A stretch of DNA of 64,000 nt. Source: Ignavibacteria bacterium (GTDB taxonomy: Bacteria > Bacteroidota > Ignavibacteria > Ignavibacteriales > Melioribacteraceae). Positions 18,890-27,159 of the stretch are shown here, piece after piece. Positions within the stretch are counted from its first letter, which is position 1, and each line of letters starts with the position of its first letter. The notes beneath the pieces were generated by a model that saw only the letters and a program-made list of their open reading frames with translations, did not search any database and was not told where the DNA came from. Where the stretch lies: positions 10-64,009 of the forward strand of contig JAAYAN010000190.1 of the NCBI GenBank assembly GCA_012719345.1, read 5' to 3'. The translations under genes and the position numbers were made by a program.

Positions 18890-20095
18890 ATGAAAGTATT
18901 AGTTCTTAATTGCGGAAGTTCTTCTATAAAATATCAATTTATCGATACCGAAAGCGGAATTGCTCTTGCAAAAGGTATGGTTGAAAGGATAGGGATGAGC
19001 AACGCGGTTCTTAATCACACATCATACGGAAAAGATAAAATTAAGATTGTTGGCGAAATACTCGACCACACGATAGCTATTAAATATGTAATCGGGGTTC
19101 TTTTAAGTCCTAACCACGGCGTAATAAAAGAAAGAAAAGAAATTGATGCAATAGGACACAGAGTGGTTCACGGCGGTGAAGTTTTCAGCGGATCGGTTTT
19201 GATTACCGACCTTGTAATAAAAACGCTGAAAGATTTTATCGATCTTGCCCCGCTTCATAATCCTCCAAACATACGCGGAATTGAAGCTGCCAAAGAAAAT
19301 CTTCCGGGAGTTCCTCAATGCGCTGTTTTTGATACAGCATTTCATACGCGTATGCCCGAAAAAGCTTTCCTTTACGGAATTCCATACGAATTATATACGC
19401 GGCACAAAATACGCCGATACGGTTTTCACGGAACTTCGCATAAATACGTAGCTCAAAAAGCAGCCGAATTTTTAGAAAAACCGCTGGAAAATCTTAAACT
19501 TATTACAATACATTTAGGAAACGGGGCAAGCATAACAGCAGTTGAAAACGGCATTTCCGTAGATACCTCAATGGGCTTTACACCGCTGGAAGGTTTGCTT
19601 ATGGGAACAAGAAGCGGAGATTTGGACCCTTCCGTTATTTTATTTATTATGGATAAAGAGGGGTTAAATATTTCGGAAGCAAATACTTTGCTTAATAAGC
19701 ACAGCGGACTTATGGGCTTAAGCGGCGAAAGCAGCGATATGCGCGAAATTGAGCAGGCTGTGGCTGCGGGAAACAAACGCGCAAAAGATGCTTTTGATGT
19801 TATGATATACAAAATTAAAAAATACATCGGCGCTTATATTGCGGCTCTTGGCGGCTGCGATGCCATCGTTTTTACAGGCGGAATAGGCGAAAATTCGGTT
19901 GAAGTGCGAAGACAGGTTTGCGAAAATATGAGCTGTCTTGGAATAGAATTGGATGAAAAACTGAATCTGAATCCTCAGGGCGAGTGCGATCTTTCTGCCG
20001 GAAATTCGAAGATAAGACTGCTGAGAATACCTACAAACGAGGAACTTGTTATTGCAAGAGATACACAAAGAATTATTTCGGAACAGATGAAATAA
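18890..20095 (+). CDS. ackA: Acetate kinase
   Basis: Contains VLVLNCGSSSIKYQ, HRVVHGG, GFHGTSH and FTGGIGEN. Confidence 0.95.
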   Translation: MKVLVLNCGSSSIKYQFIDTESGIALAKGMVERIGMSNAVLNHTSYGKDKIKIVGEILDHTIAIKYVIGVLLSPNHGVIKERKEIDAIGHRVVHGGEVFSGSVLITDLVIKTLKDFIDLAPLHNPPNIRGIEAAKENLPGVPQCAVFDTAFHTRMPEKAFLYGIPYELYTRHKIRRYGFHGTSHKYVAQKAAEFLEKPLENLKLITIHLGNGASITAVENGISVDTSMGFTPLEGLLMGTRSGDLDPSVILFIMDKEGLNISEANTLLNKHSGLMGLSGESSDMREIEQAVAAGNKRAKDAFDVMIYKIKKYIGAYIAALGGCDAIVFTGGIGENSVEVRRQVCENMSCLGIELDEKLNLNPQGECDLSAGNSKIRLLRIPTNEELVIARDTQRIISEQMK

Positions 20096-20143
20096 AAATA
20101 AACTGACTATATCTTTCACTAAAGAAATATTTAGCGGGGATTT

Positions 20144-20935
20144 ATGGATCTGCAAATTAAAAATAAAACTGCTCTCATAAGTGCTTCAAGTCAAGGAATA
20201 GGCTTTGCGGTTGCCGAATCCTTAATTAAAGAAGGCTGCAAAACAGCTATTTGTTCAAGCAACAAAAACAATCTTATAAAAGCTTCTGTTCAGCTTCGCG
20301 AAAATACGGGATTTGAACCATTGTGGTGCGTATGCGATATAAATTCCGAAAAGGATATTGAAAATGCCGTTAAAGCGGTTCAAAACGCTTATGGCGACAT
20401 TGATATAATGGTTAATAACTGCGGAGGACCGGCACCGGGTTTGTTTGATGAAACGGACGATAAAAAGTGGGATGAAGGTTTTAATCAGGTATTGCTTAGC
20501 GCTGTTCGTTTTTGCAGACTTGTTTTGCCGGGAATGAAAGCTAAAAACTGGGGAAGAATAATTAATATTACATCTGTTGCAGTAAAAGAACCTATCGATA
20601 ATCTCATACTTTCAAATTCATTCCGAAGCGCTGTAACGGCTATGGCAAAAACATTAAGCAAGGAAGCGGGAAAATTCAATATTACAGTTAATAATGTTGC
20701 GCCTGGGTACACTCTTACTGCAAGATTATACGAACTTGCAGTTGAAAAAGCCAGAGTTTCTTCGCAGTCGCACGAGCATGTACTTGCCTCGATGGCTGCG
20801 GGAATACCGTTGAAAAGATTAGCGCGTCCTGATGAAATTGCTTCGGTTGTTGCGTTTCTGGCTTCGGAAAATGCAGGATTTGTTACCGGAACTACAATCC
20901 AGGTTGACGGCGGTATGACGAAAACGGTGGTATGA
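20144..20935 (+). CDS. SDR-family oxidoreductase (FabG-like)
   Basis: Contains the SASSQGIG cofactor motif, NNCG and a PG..T tail. Confidence 0.8.
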   Translation: MDLQIKNKTALISASSQGIGFAVAESLIKEGCKTAICSSNKNNLIKASVQLRENTGFEPLWCVCDINSEKDIENAVKAVQNAYGDIDIMVNNCGGPAPGLFDETDDKKWDEGFNQVLLSAVRFCRLVLPGMKAKNWGRIINITSVAVKEPIDNLILSNSFRSAVTAMAKTLSKEAGKFNITVNNVAPGYTLTARLYELAVEKARVSSQSHEHVLASMAAGIPLKRLARPDEIASVVAFLASENAGFVTGTTIQVDGGMTKTVV

Positions 20936-20937
20936 AG

Positions 20938-20963
20938 AGTAAGAGAAAGAAGTAAGAGAAAGA
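20938..20963. repeat. Tandem 13-mer (agtaagagaaaga x2)
   Basis: Two exact adjacent copies lie directly after the SDR stop codon. Confidence 0.8.
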
Positions 20964-21035
20964 TGCTTGGTTGCTGGCAGGAAATTAATAAAAATAGCCC
21001 GATGATTTATCGCCGGGATTGAAGAGATTGAGAAA

Positions 21036-21088
21036 AACCCTAAAACCCTGATTTCCTAAAATCCTGAAATCCTGATTATCCTAAAAAC
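21036..21088. repeat. Degenerate CCTGAAA/CCCTAAA short-period repeat block C
   Basis: Sequence is aaccctaaaaccctgatttcctaaaatcctgaaatcctgattatcctaaaaac. Confidence 0.6.
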
Positions 21089-21253
21089 ATAGAACCGTTT
21101 CCCCGGTTGCTAAAAACATTACATTTGTTTATTTTCACAACTATTAAAAGTAGCTGTCTGCCAGGAGAAACTCCTTACAAGATGAAAGTAATTGCAAGAT
21201 ATTTTAAGGACGAAAATCCTGCCGGTACTGAAAAATATATTTTGGTATAAATA

Positions 21254-21511
21254 ATGAAAAAAATACTTATTCTTTTATCTGTTGGAATTGTTATTGCAGT
21301 ATTGTTTTATTTTAATATTTTGTCTCTAAATTTACTAATGGGTCTCGATTCTGCAGGGGCTGACTCTCCTGAAGAATTAATGTCCCGCTATGAAAAATAT
21401 CATAATAGCGGCGATATTGAAAATATGATGCAAATATTTTATACGGACAGTACTTCCGAAATGATTGTAAATGGTAAGAGAGAACAACTTATAAAACTCT
21501 TTAATGTCTAA
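21254..21511 (+). CDS. Hypothetical membrane-anchored protein (possibly the 5' part of a gene split by a small insertion)
   Basis: It has an N-terminal signal/TM segment (KKILILLSVGIVIAVLF). The ORF ends inside a hairpin-rich ~95 nt segment. Confidence 0.4.
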   Translation: MKKILILLSVGIVIAVLFYFNILSLNLLMGLDSAGADSPEELMSRYEKYHNSGDIENMMQIFYTDSTSEMIVNGKREQLIKLFNV

Positions 21512-21821
21512 TTCTCCGACGCTTGCGTCGAGAGTTACAACTTTTTGTAAAAGAGACTATCAACTAGATACCCCGCTGCTTGCGGCGGGGAGATTCATTA
21601 GAAAAGTTATATCTACAAAATTAATAACTTTAAATACCGAGGCGTTAACGTTTTTTAATAATGAGCACATAATAAATGGGAAAAAGTTTAAACATAATTT
21701 ACAAGTGGTTGGACAAATAGACGCTGAATTGGAAAGCAAAGATATAACACATTTATCTGGCGGACTATATGGAATTAAGGAAAACAAATATTATTTTGCT
21801 CTAATAGATTTTGTTAACTGA
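21504..21821 (+). CDS. Hypothetical protein (possibly the 3' part of the split gene; the first ~33 codons read through the hairpin element)
   Basis: This is an ORF-track entry. Its N-terminal residues derive from the GC-rich hairpins. Confidence 0.3.
   Translation: MSNSPTLASRVTTFCKRDYQLDTPLLAAGRFIRKVISTKLITLNTEALTFFNNEHIINGKKFKHNLQVVGQIDAELESKDITHLSGGLYGIKENKYYFALIDFVN
21506..21602. mobile_element. Candidate MITE-like / hairpin-rich insertion
   Basis: Imperfect terminal inverted repeats tctaat-tctcc ... ggagattcattaga enclose three hairpins. Two are GC-rich with an identical GCTTGC centre: cgacgCTTGcgtcg and ccccgctgCTTGcggcgggg. Confidence 0.3.
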
Positions 21822-21917
21822 GTTGAAACTTTAAATATTTTTCTTTCAGGAGTTACTGCGGAAAGTTCTCGCAGAAAATATGAAGAGCAAATAAAACCGG
21901 AAAGGACGAAAATACTA

Positions 21918-22454
21918 TTGGGACAGAAAAGTTGTTATGAACAAAAAGGTGCGTTTATGAGCATAAGTAAAAATAATGTGTTAAAAGAAATTTGCCCAAT
22001 AATTGAGAACAATGTATTATTTTACCCTTGCTCAGTGTTGACAACCGAAGGTCAAAAAGAAATATCTTATATCGTTGATAAACAAGCATATTTTAATTAC
22101 ACAATGGGTCTCTATAAAGATTCAAAATACTTCAATCACTTTTGTCAAAATGATATTGTTGAGATATATAAAAGCGAGATTCGGCTACCTTTCAAAATAG
22201 CACAGGAAATTTATGATTTCGGTGAAACAAGAATGGGGGGTAGGAGCTTTTTACTGATATTTGATGATAAAAGTGAACAACATTATGAAACGGGAAGTTT
22301 TGTAGATTTCTTGGAATATCCTCTCAATAAATCGGCAAAAAGAGTTATTAATGTAAAAGGTGGTAACCAATCTGACAATAAATATTTAAAAAGTATGGAA
22401 CCTATTAATATCTTTTTAATTGAAAATCTTCAACTATTGATGCAAAAACAATAA
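21918..22454 (+). CDS. Hypothetical protein
   Basis: It is an AT-rich ORF with no recognisable motifs. The true start is possibly the internal ATG giving MSISKNN. Confidence 0.45.
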   Translation: MGQKSCYEQKGAFMSISKNNVLKEICPIIENNVLFYPCSVLTTEGQKEISYIVDKQAYFNYTMGLYKDSKYFNHFCQNDIVEIYKSEIRLPFKIAQEIYDFGETRMGGRSFLLIFDDKSEQHYETGSFVDFLEYPLNKSAKRVINVKGGNQSDNKYLKSMEPINIFLIENLQLLMQKQ

Positions 22455-22469
22455 ACAAACAAAATAAAT

Positions 22470-23465
22470 ATGATTATTGAAACAAGAGCATTTGCCCGCG
22501 CAGGGTTACTTGGAAATCCGTCCGACGGATATTTCGGGAAAACGATCTCAATTATCGTCAGGAATTTCGGCGCTTCAATTTCGCTTTACGAAACGCCCGA
22601 ATTAAAAATCGAGGAAATGGACGTTGACCAGAATACATTCCGGAATATTTATCATATGGTAGATTCTGTAAAACTATCCGGTTATTATGGCGGAACAAGA
22701 CTTATTAAAGCGGCAATTAAAAAATTTGTTGAGTATTGCGAACTTAATGATATACGTATTTGCAACAAGAATTTTACAATCCGTTACCGCTCTTCAATTC
22801 CGCGTCAGGTCGGACTTGCCGGTTCGAGCGCGATTATTACTGCAACAATCAAATCTTTAATGCAGTTTTACGAAGTAGAAATTCCCAAACATTTACTTCC
22901 TACCTTAATTTTAAAAGCCGAAACTGAAGAACTTGGAATTAATGCCGGACTTCAGGACAGGGTAATTCAGGTTTACGAAGGCTGCGTTTATATGGATTTC
23001 GAAAAAGAACATCTTCAAAAGAACGGATTTGGAAAATATGAACCAATTGACTCAACTTTATTGCCGAAGTTATATCTGGCATATAAAGTGGAATTAGGAA
23101 AAGTCTCGGGAACAGTATTAAATAATATCCGCGAAAAATATGATAAGGGAGATACTTTAGTAATTGATACATTAGCCGAAATGGCTGATTTGGCAAAACA
23201 AGGTAAAGATGCAATTCTTAAACAGGATTACAAAACACTAAATACATTAATTGATTCTAATTTTAATCTGCGCTGCAAAATAATGAACATTTCCGAAAGC
23301 AATATGGAGCTTGTGAACACGGCAAGAAATTGCGGGGCATCGGCAAAGTTTTCAGGTTCCGGCGGAGCTATTATTGGAATGTACGAAGATGACGAAATGC
23401 TGCAAAAATTGATTGTAAATTTGCAGAAGATTAATGCAAGAGTTATTAAACCAATTATAAGGTAA
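22470..23465 (+). CDS. GHMP-family kinase (sugar-1-kinase-like)
   Basis: Contains the GHMP motif IPRQVGLAGSSAIITA and the C-terminal GSGGA. It lies directly upstream of galU. Confidence 0.7.
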   Translation: MIIETRAFARAGLLGNPSDGYFGKTISIIVRNFGASISLYETPELKIEEMDVDQNTFRNIYHMVDSVKLSGYYGGTRLIKAAIKKFVEYCELNDIRICNKNFTIRYRSSIPRQVGLAGSSAIITATIKSLMQFYEVEIPKHLLPTLILKAETEELGINAGLQDRVIQVYEGCVYMDFEKEHLQKNGFGKYEPIDSTLLPKLYLAYKVELGKVSGTVLNNIREKYDKGDTLVIDTLAEMADLAKQGKDAILKQDYKTLNTLIDSNFNLRCKIMNISESNMELVNTARNCGASAKFSGSGGAIIGMYEDDEMLQKLIVNLQKINARVIKPIIR

Positions 23466-23471
23466 ATAAAT

Positions 23472-24359
23472 ATGATTAAAAAAGCGGTTATTCCTGCAGC
23501 AGGTTTCGGAACACGGTTTCTTCCGGCAACAAAAGCGCAGCCGAAAGAAATGCTGCCGATTATTGATACTCCTACTATTCAGTATGTTGTGCAGGAATGT
23601 GTTGATTCCGGAATAGAAGATATTTTAATTGTTTCCGGAAAAGGGAAGCGTTCAATCGAAGACCATTTTGACAGAAATTTTGAACTTGAATCGAGAATTC
23701 AGGAAAAAGAGGATGAAGCTTTATATACACAATTAAGACATATTGAAAGTATGGCTAATATCCACTTTATCCGGCAGAAAGAATTAAACGGCTTGGGCGA
23801 TGCAATTTATCATGCGCGGTTTCACTGCAAACACGAGCCGTTTGCCGTTCTGCTTGGCGATACAATTATCGATTCAGTTATCCCGGTTACGCAGCAATTA
23901 ATCGATTCCTACGAACAATACGGACAAACTGTAGTTGCAGTTGAAACTGTCCCCTGGGAAAAGGTTTCGCGGTATGGAATTATCGGAGGAAATAATTTAA
24001 GCGACAGAGTTTTACAATTAAACGAGCTTGTAGAAAAACCGGATCAAAATCAGGCTCCTTCAAATCTGGCAATTGCCGGAAGATATATTCTTACTCCCGA
24101 AATTTTCCGGGCGCTTGAAAAAACACCCCGCGGAAAAGGAAATGAAATCCAACTCACCGACGCTTTAAGAATCCTCTTAAAAGAAGAAGGAATTATTGCA
24201 ACAATTATGGAAGGAAAGCGTTACGATATCGGAAATAAAATGGATTTCCTTAAGACTACAGTTGAGTTTGCACTTAAAAGAAAAGAATTCGCGGAAGGTT
24301 TTGAAGAATTTTTACGAGAAACTATAAAAAATATTGATGAGAAAAATAAAGCGAAATGA
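23472..24359 (+). CDS. galU: UTP--glucose-1-phosphate uridylyltransferase
   Basis: Contains KAVIPAAGFGTRFLPATKAQPKEMLPIIDTPTIQY and GRY.LTPEIF. Confidence 0.9.
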   Translation: MIKKAVIPAAGFGTRFLPATKAQPKEMLPIIDTPTIQYVVQECVDSGIEDILIVSGKGKRSIEDHFDRNFELESRIQEKEDEALYTQLRHIESMANIHFIRQKELNGLGDAIYHARFHCKHEPFAVLLGDTIIDSVIPVTQQLIDSYEQYGQTVVAVETVPWEKVSRYGIIGGNNLSDRVLQLNELVEKPDQNQAPSNLAIAGRYILTPEIFRALEKTPRGKGNEIQLTDALRILLKEEGIIATIMEGKRYDIGNKMDFLKTTVEFALKRKEFAEGFEEFLRETIKNIDEKNKAK

Positions 24360-24414
24360 GAAAGTTATTTCCTTTTATTAATTCTGATTAAAAAGGAAGC
24401 AATTAAAAGTTTTG

Positions 24415-24515
24415 TTTAAAATTAAAAAAGCCCTGAGAAACAGGGCTTTTTAGCGGAGAGGGCGGGATTCGAACCCGCGGTAGAGTTTACCCCTACGACG
24501 GTTTAGCAAACCGTT
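24415..24515. repeat. Direct repeat, left copy (att site; contains the 3' 62 nt of tRNA-Ser plus its downstream hairpin)
   Basis: This 101 nt segment matches 32781-32881 with 2 mismatches. Both mismatches are outside the tRNA portion. Identity stops at the 5' side of the anticodon stem. Confidence 0.85.
24424..24451. terminator. Hairpin terminator (galU side; original tRNA-Ser downstream hairpin)
   Basis: Sequence is aaaaaaGCCCTGagaaaCAGGGCttttt. Confidence 0.7.
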
Positions 24516-24558
24516 TGAAAACCTTTATTTCAGCTTAAAAACACAGTGTTTATAGTAA

Positions 24559-24579
24559 TTGATTACTTTTTTGATTACT
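24559..24579 (+). promoter_or_regulatory. Two TTGATTACT repeats (candidate integrase arm-type sites, left end)
   Basis: ttgattact occurs at 24559-24567 and 24571-24579, with a related gattgct at 24580-24586. Confidence 0.4.
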
Positions 24580-24602
24580 GATTGCTAATTCTAAGAACGT
24601 GA

Positions 24603-25613
24603 ATGGGAGTTAATACAATGATTCTTTCAAAACGTTCAAACGGAATTTATTACATCTTTTACGAACAGGAAAACGGAAAAAGAACCTGCACAACAACAAA
24701 GAGCAAAATTAAATCCGATGCGCTAAAGTTCCTTGCCAATTTTGAAAAAGAAATTGAAGCAAAGAGAAACAAAAAACCTGAATACATTTCTTTATCCGAT
24801 TACTGTAACCGCTTTTTAGAATTTTCGAAATCAAACCATACATTAAAAACAGTAACCGGATATAAAGCTACATTAAAATTTCTAACAGCTTATTTGGGCG
24901 AAGAAATTCTATTATCCGAAATTACTTCAATCAGGATGAATGATTATTTCCTGAACAGAAGAAATAACAGTTCAATTTATCAGGCAAGAAAAGATTTAAT
25001 CTGTCTGAACAGCTTTTTCAACAGGGCAATAGAAGAAGGATTTATAAATCCTAATCCTTGCAAAAATGTAAAACGGTTTAAGCTCCCGCAAAAACAACCT
25101 TTGTTTTTTAGTGAAAGCGAATTTGAAAAATTACTTGCAGTTATACCCGATGGAAATTTCAAGTATCTTGTTGAACTGGCAATTAACACAGGAATGAGAC
25201 AAGCGGAAATATTAAACTTGCAATGGGATAATGTTAATATCAAAAACAGGTTAATTATTCTGGATAACAGAACTGTAATTACAAAGAGTAAAAAAATAAG
25301 ACAGATACCGCTTAATGTAAGATGTTTGCAGATACTAAATGAAATGGAATTGAACAGAACCGGAGAAAAAGTTTTTACTTTTAATGCTGATTATGTAACA
25401 CACCAATTTAAAGTTTATGTAAGAAAAGCCGGAATAAATGAAGAATTAAAATTTCACTCTTTGCGCCATACTTTTGCAAGCTGGTTAGTTCAGAGGGGAA
25501 CAAGTATATTTATAATTAAAGATTTACTTGGTCATTCCGATGTTTCAGTAAGTGCCATATATTCACATCTGACTAATGATAATTTGATTAATGCAGTTAA
25601 CTTGCTGGATTAA
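24603..25613 (+). CDS. Tyrosine recombinase / phage-type integrase
   Basis: It has an N-terminal SAM-like domain. The catalytic region contains TGMRQAE (Arg), HSLRHTFAS (His-x-x-Arg) and LGHSDVSVSAIYSH (His...Tyr). Confidence 0.9.
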   Translation: MGVNTMILSKRSNGIYYIFYEQENGKRTCTTTKSKIKSDALKFLANFEKEIEAKRNKKPEYISLSDYCNRFLEFSKSNHTLKTVTGYKATLKFLTAYLGEEILLSEITSIRMNDYFLNRRNNSSIYQARKDLICLNSFFNRAIEEGFINPNPCKNVKRFKLPQKQPLFFSESEFEKLLAVIPDGNFKYLVELAINTGMRQAEILNLQWDNVNIKNRLIILDNRTVITKSKKIRQIPLNVRCLQILNEMELNRTGEKVFTFNADYVTHQFKVYVRKAGINEELKFHSLRHTFASWLVQRGTSIFIIKDLLGHSDVSVSAIYSHLTNDNLINAVNLLD

Positions 25614-25690
25614 ATGTTCTTTTGATTAATAAATTATAAAATGCTATTTTTAGGTTGAACTTGTCAATAATAGCCGGAACAAGTTTACGA

Positions 25691-25757
25691 CCCTTATTCA
25701 TTCCTGATATTTCAGGGGCAGACGGCTATCTGCTGACAAAGTGAATGAGGGTTTTTT
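25691..25757 (+). other. Three-way-junction-like RNA structure ending in a U-tract, between int and the next ORF
   Basis: The outer 10-bp stem is CCCTTATTCA/TGAATGAGGG. It encloses hairpins CCTGA-tatt-TCAGG and GCAGA-cggcta-TCTGC. A TTTTTT run follows, ~12 nt before the RBS/ATG at 25770. Confidence 0.4.
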
Positions 25758-25769
25758 ATTGGGAGTGAA

Positions 25770-26600
25770 ATGGATACAGAATTTACATTAATCCGAGATG
25801 AAAACGAAGAATTAGAAATAATTCGAAATGAAAACCCTATACTATTCGATGAAGTTCAAAGCTATCGGAAAGATTATGAATCAGATTGGAGCTGTCAACA
25901 CCTTTTCGAATTTCGAGATGATAATCCACCGAGAAAATTAACTAAAGAAGAAAATGAATTTCTAACAAAACTTATTGATTATTTTCAGGAACGCCGAAGT
26001 AAAGCTGTCAGTTCTTATACAATACGCATTTTTAAAACCAGTTACCCAAGATTCTATAATTTAGTTGAAGAACGGTTTTTTAATACTCTCGATAGATTGG
26101 CAAATATTAAACATTCGCCCGAAATTGAAAAATTTGCACCAAGCATTTTTTCAGGTATAATTGAATTATTAGAAGAAATAATCTTGAATAGTGATTATTA
26201 TATGCACGAAATTGATGATTTTGAAAAAGGAGAAAGCGATTCATTATTATTACTATTGGATTATATTTTTTGGTTGAACGATTTATCCCTTTCAGTATAT
26301 GATGGGAAATTTGGAGAGCTTAAAAAGCAGATAAAAAACGCTAAAAATGAAAGCAAAAGTTATAAAAAACGATATGATGAAATGACCGGCAGACAATACG
26401 AAAAAGATGATGTTCGATTATATGAAAAGATAATTGCAGAACAAAGAAAGTTAATAAATGCAGACAAAACCGGACATTCTGCAAGCCTTAAACAAGCAGT
26501 TAGAAATATAAAAAAATACGCTGGTGAAAAGGAAGTTAGTCAAATTGCACAGAATGTTAGTAGATATTTGAAAAATATTAAGAAACCTAAGAAAAAATAA
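25770..26600 (+). CDS. Hypothetical protein (element-encoded, acidic N-terminus, basic C-terminus)
   Basis: It has an ORF with a GGGAG RBS. No motif was recognised. Confidence 0.6.
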   Translation: MDTEFTLIRDENEELEIIRNENPILFDEVQSYRKDYESDWSCQHLFEFRDDNPPRKLTKEENEFLTKLIDYFQERRSKAVSSYTIRIFKTSYPRFYNLVEERFFNTLDRLANIKHSPEIEKFAPSIFSGIIELLEEIILNSDYYMHEIDDFEKGESDSLLLLLDYIFWLNDLSLSVYDGKFGELKKQIKNAKNESKSYKKRYDEMTGRQYEKDDVRLYEKIIAEQRKLINADKTGHSASLKQAVRNIKKYAGEKEVSQIAQNVSRYLKNIKKPKKK

Positions 26601-26781
26601 TGGCTTGTTGGTTAATCCACTTTTTGGACTTCGCCAAAAGCCTTAGTTAAACCCGCAAATTACCCCTGTAAGTAATTAAAAATTATTGCAGGGGAGACCT
26701 TGAAAACACCAAATAAAAATTTTACGAACATTGCCGGTTGCTCCCGCCGGCTTTGTTTATATTTTAATAAGCGGAGCAGTT

Positions 26782-27159
26782 ATGTACCCTTCATTAAAAA
26801 ATCGGGAGACCGAACCTAAGTTCTATCTTGAACAAACCGAAGCAGGCACTACAAAAATATTTATGCTTGCCGAAAGACCTAAACTAATCGGGGAAATTTT
26901 TAAAGACATCCTGATTATTCACAAAAAACAGAAAGATGTATTCAGAAAAGGAAATGCAATCGGGTTAAGTAATAAAGTTCTAACATCCGATAAGCTTCAA
27001 TATACTTTCATTGAATATCACATCGAAGGCGCAAAATACATTACAACCAGAAGTAAATTTATTTCAGATGGATTTTACCTAAAATTTACCGGATATGAAG
27101 TTCAACGTTTCCTTTGTCTTGACCACTTCAACAAAAATTTGGAGGTTGTGGAGCTATGA
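26782..27159 (+). CDS. Hypothetical protein (125 aa from the internal ATG)
   Basis: The ATG at 26782 is preceded by aagcGGAGcag. The TTG-extended part of the ORF-track entry runs through a GC hairpin. The gene overlaps the primase start by 4 nt. Confidence 0.55.
   Translation: MYPSLKNRETEPKFYLEQTEAGTTKIFMLAERPKLIGEIFKDILIIHKKQKDVFRKGNAIGLSNKVLTSDKLQYTFIEYHIEGAKYITTRSKFISDGFYLKFTGYEVQRFLCLDHFNKNLEVVEL

Noticed and set aside
19718-20155. 145-aa minus-strand ORF overlapping the ackA 3' end
   Set aside because: It is antisense to acetate kinase and has no RBS or motifs.
24454-24515. Second tRNA-Ser gene
   Set aside because: Only the 3' 62 nt (anticodon stem to 3' end) are present, and the 5' half is missing. 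It is the att-site duplicate left by element integration, not a functional tRNA.
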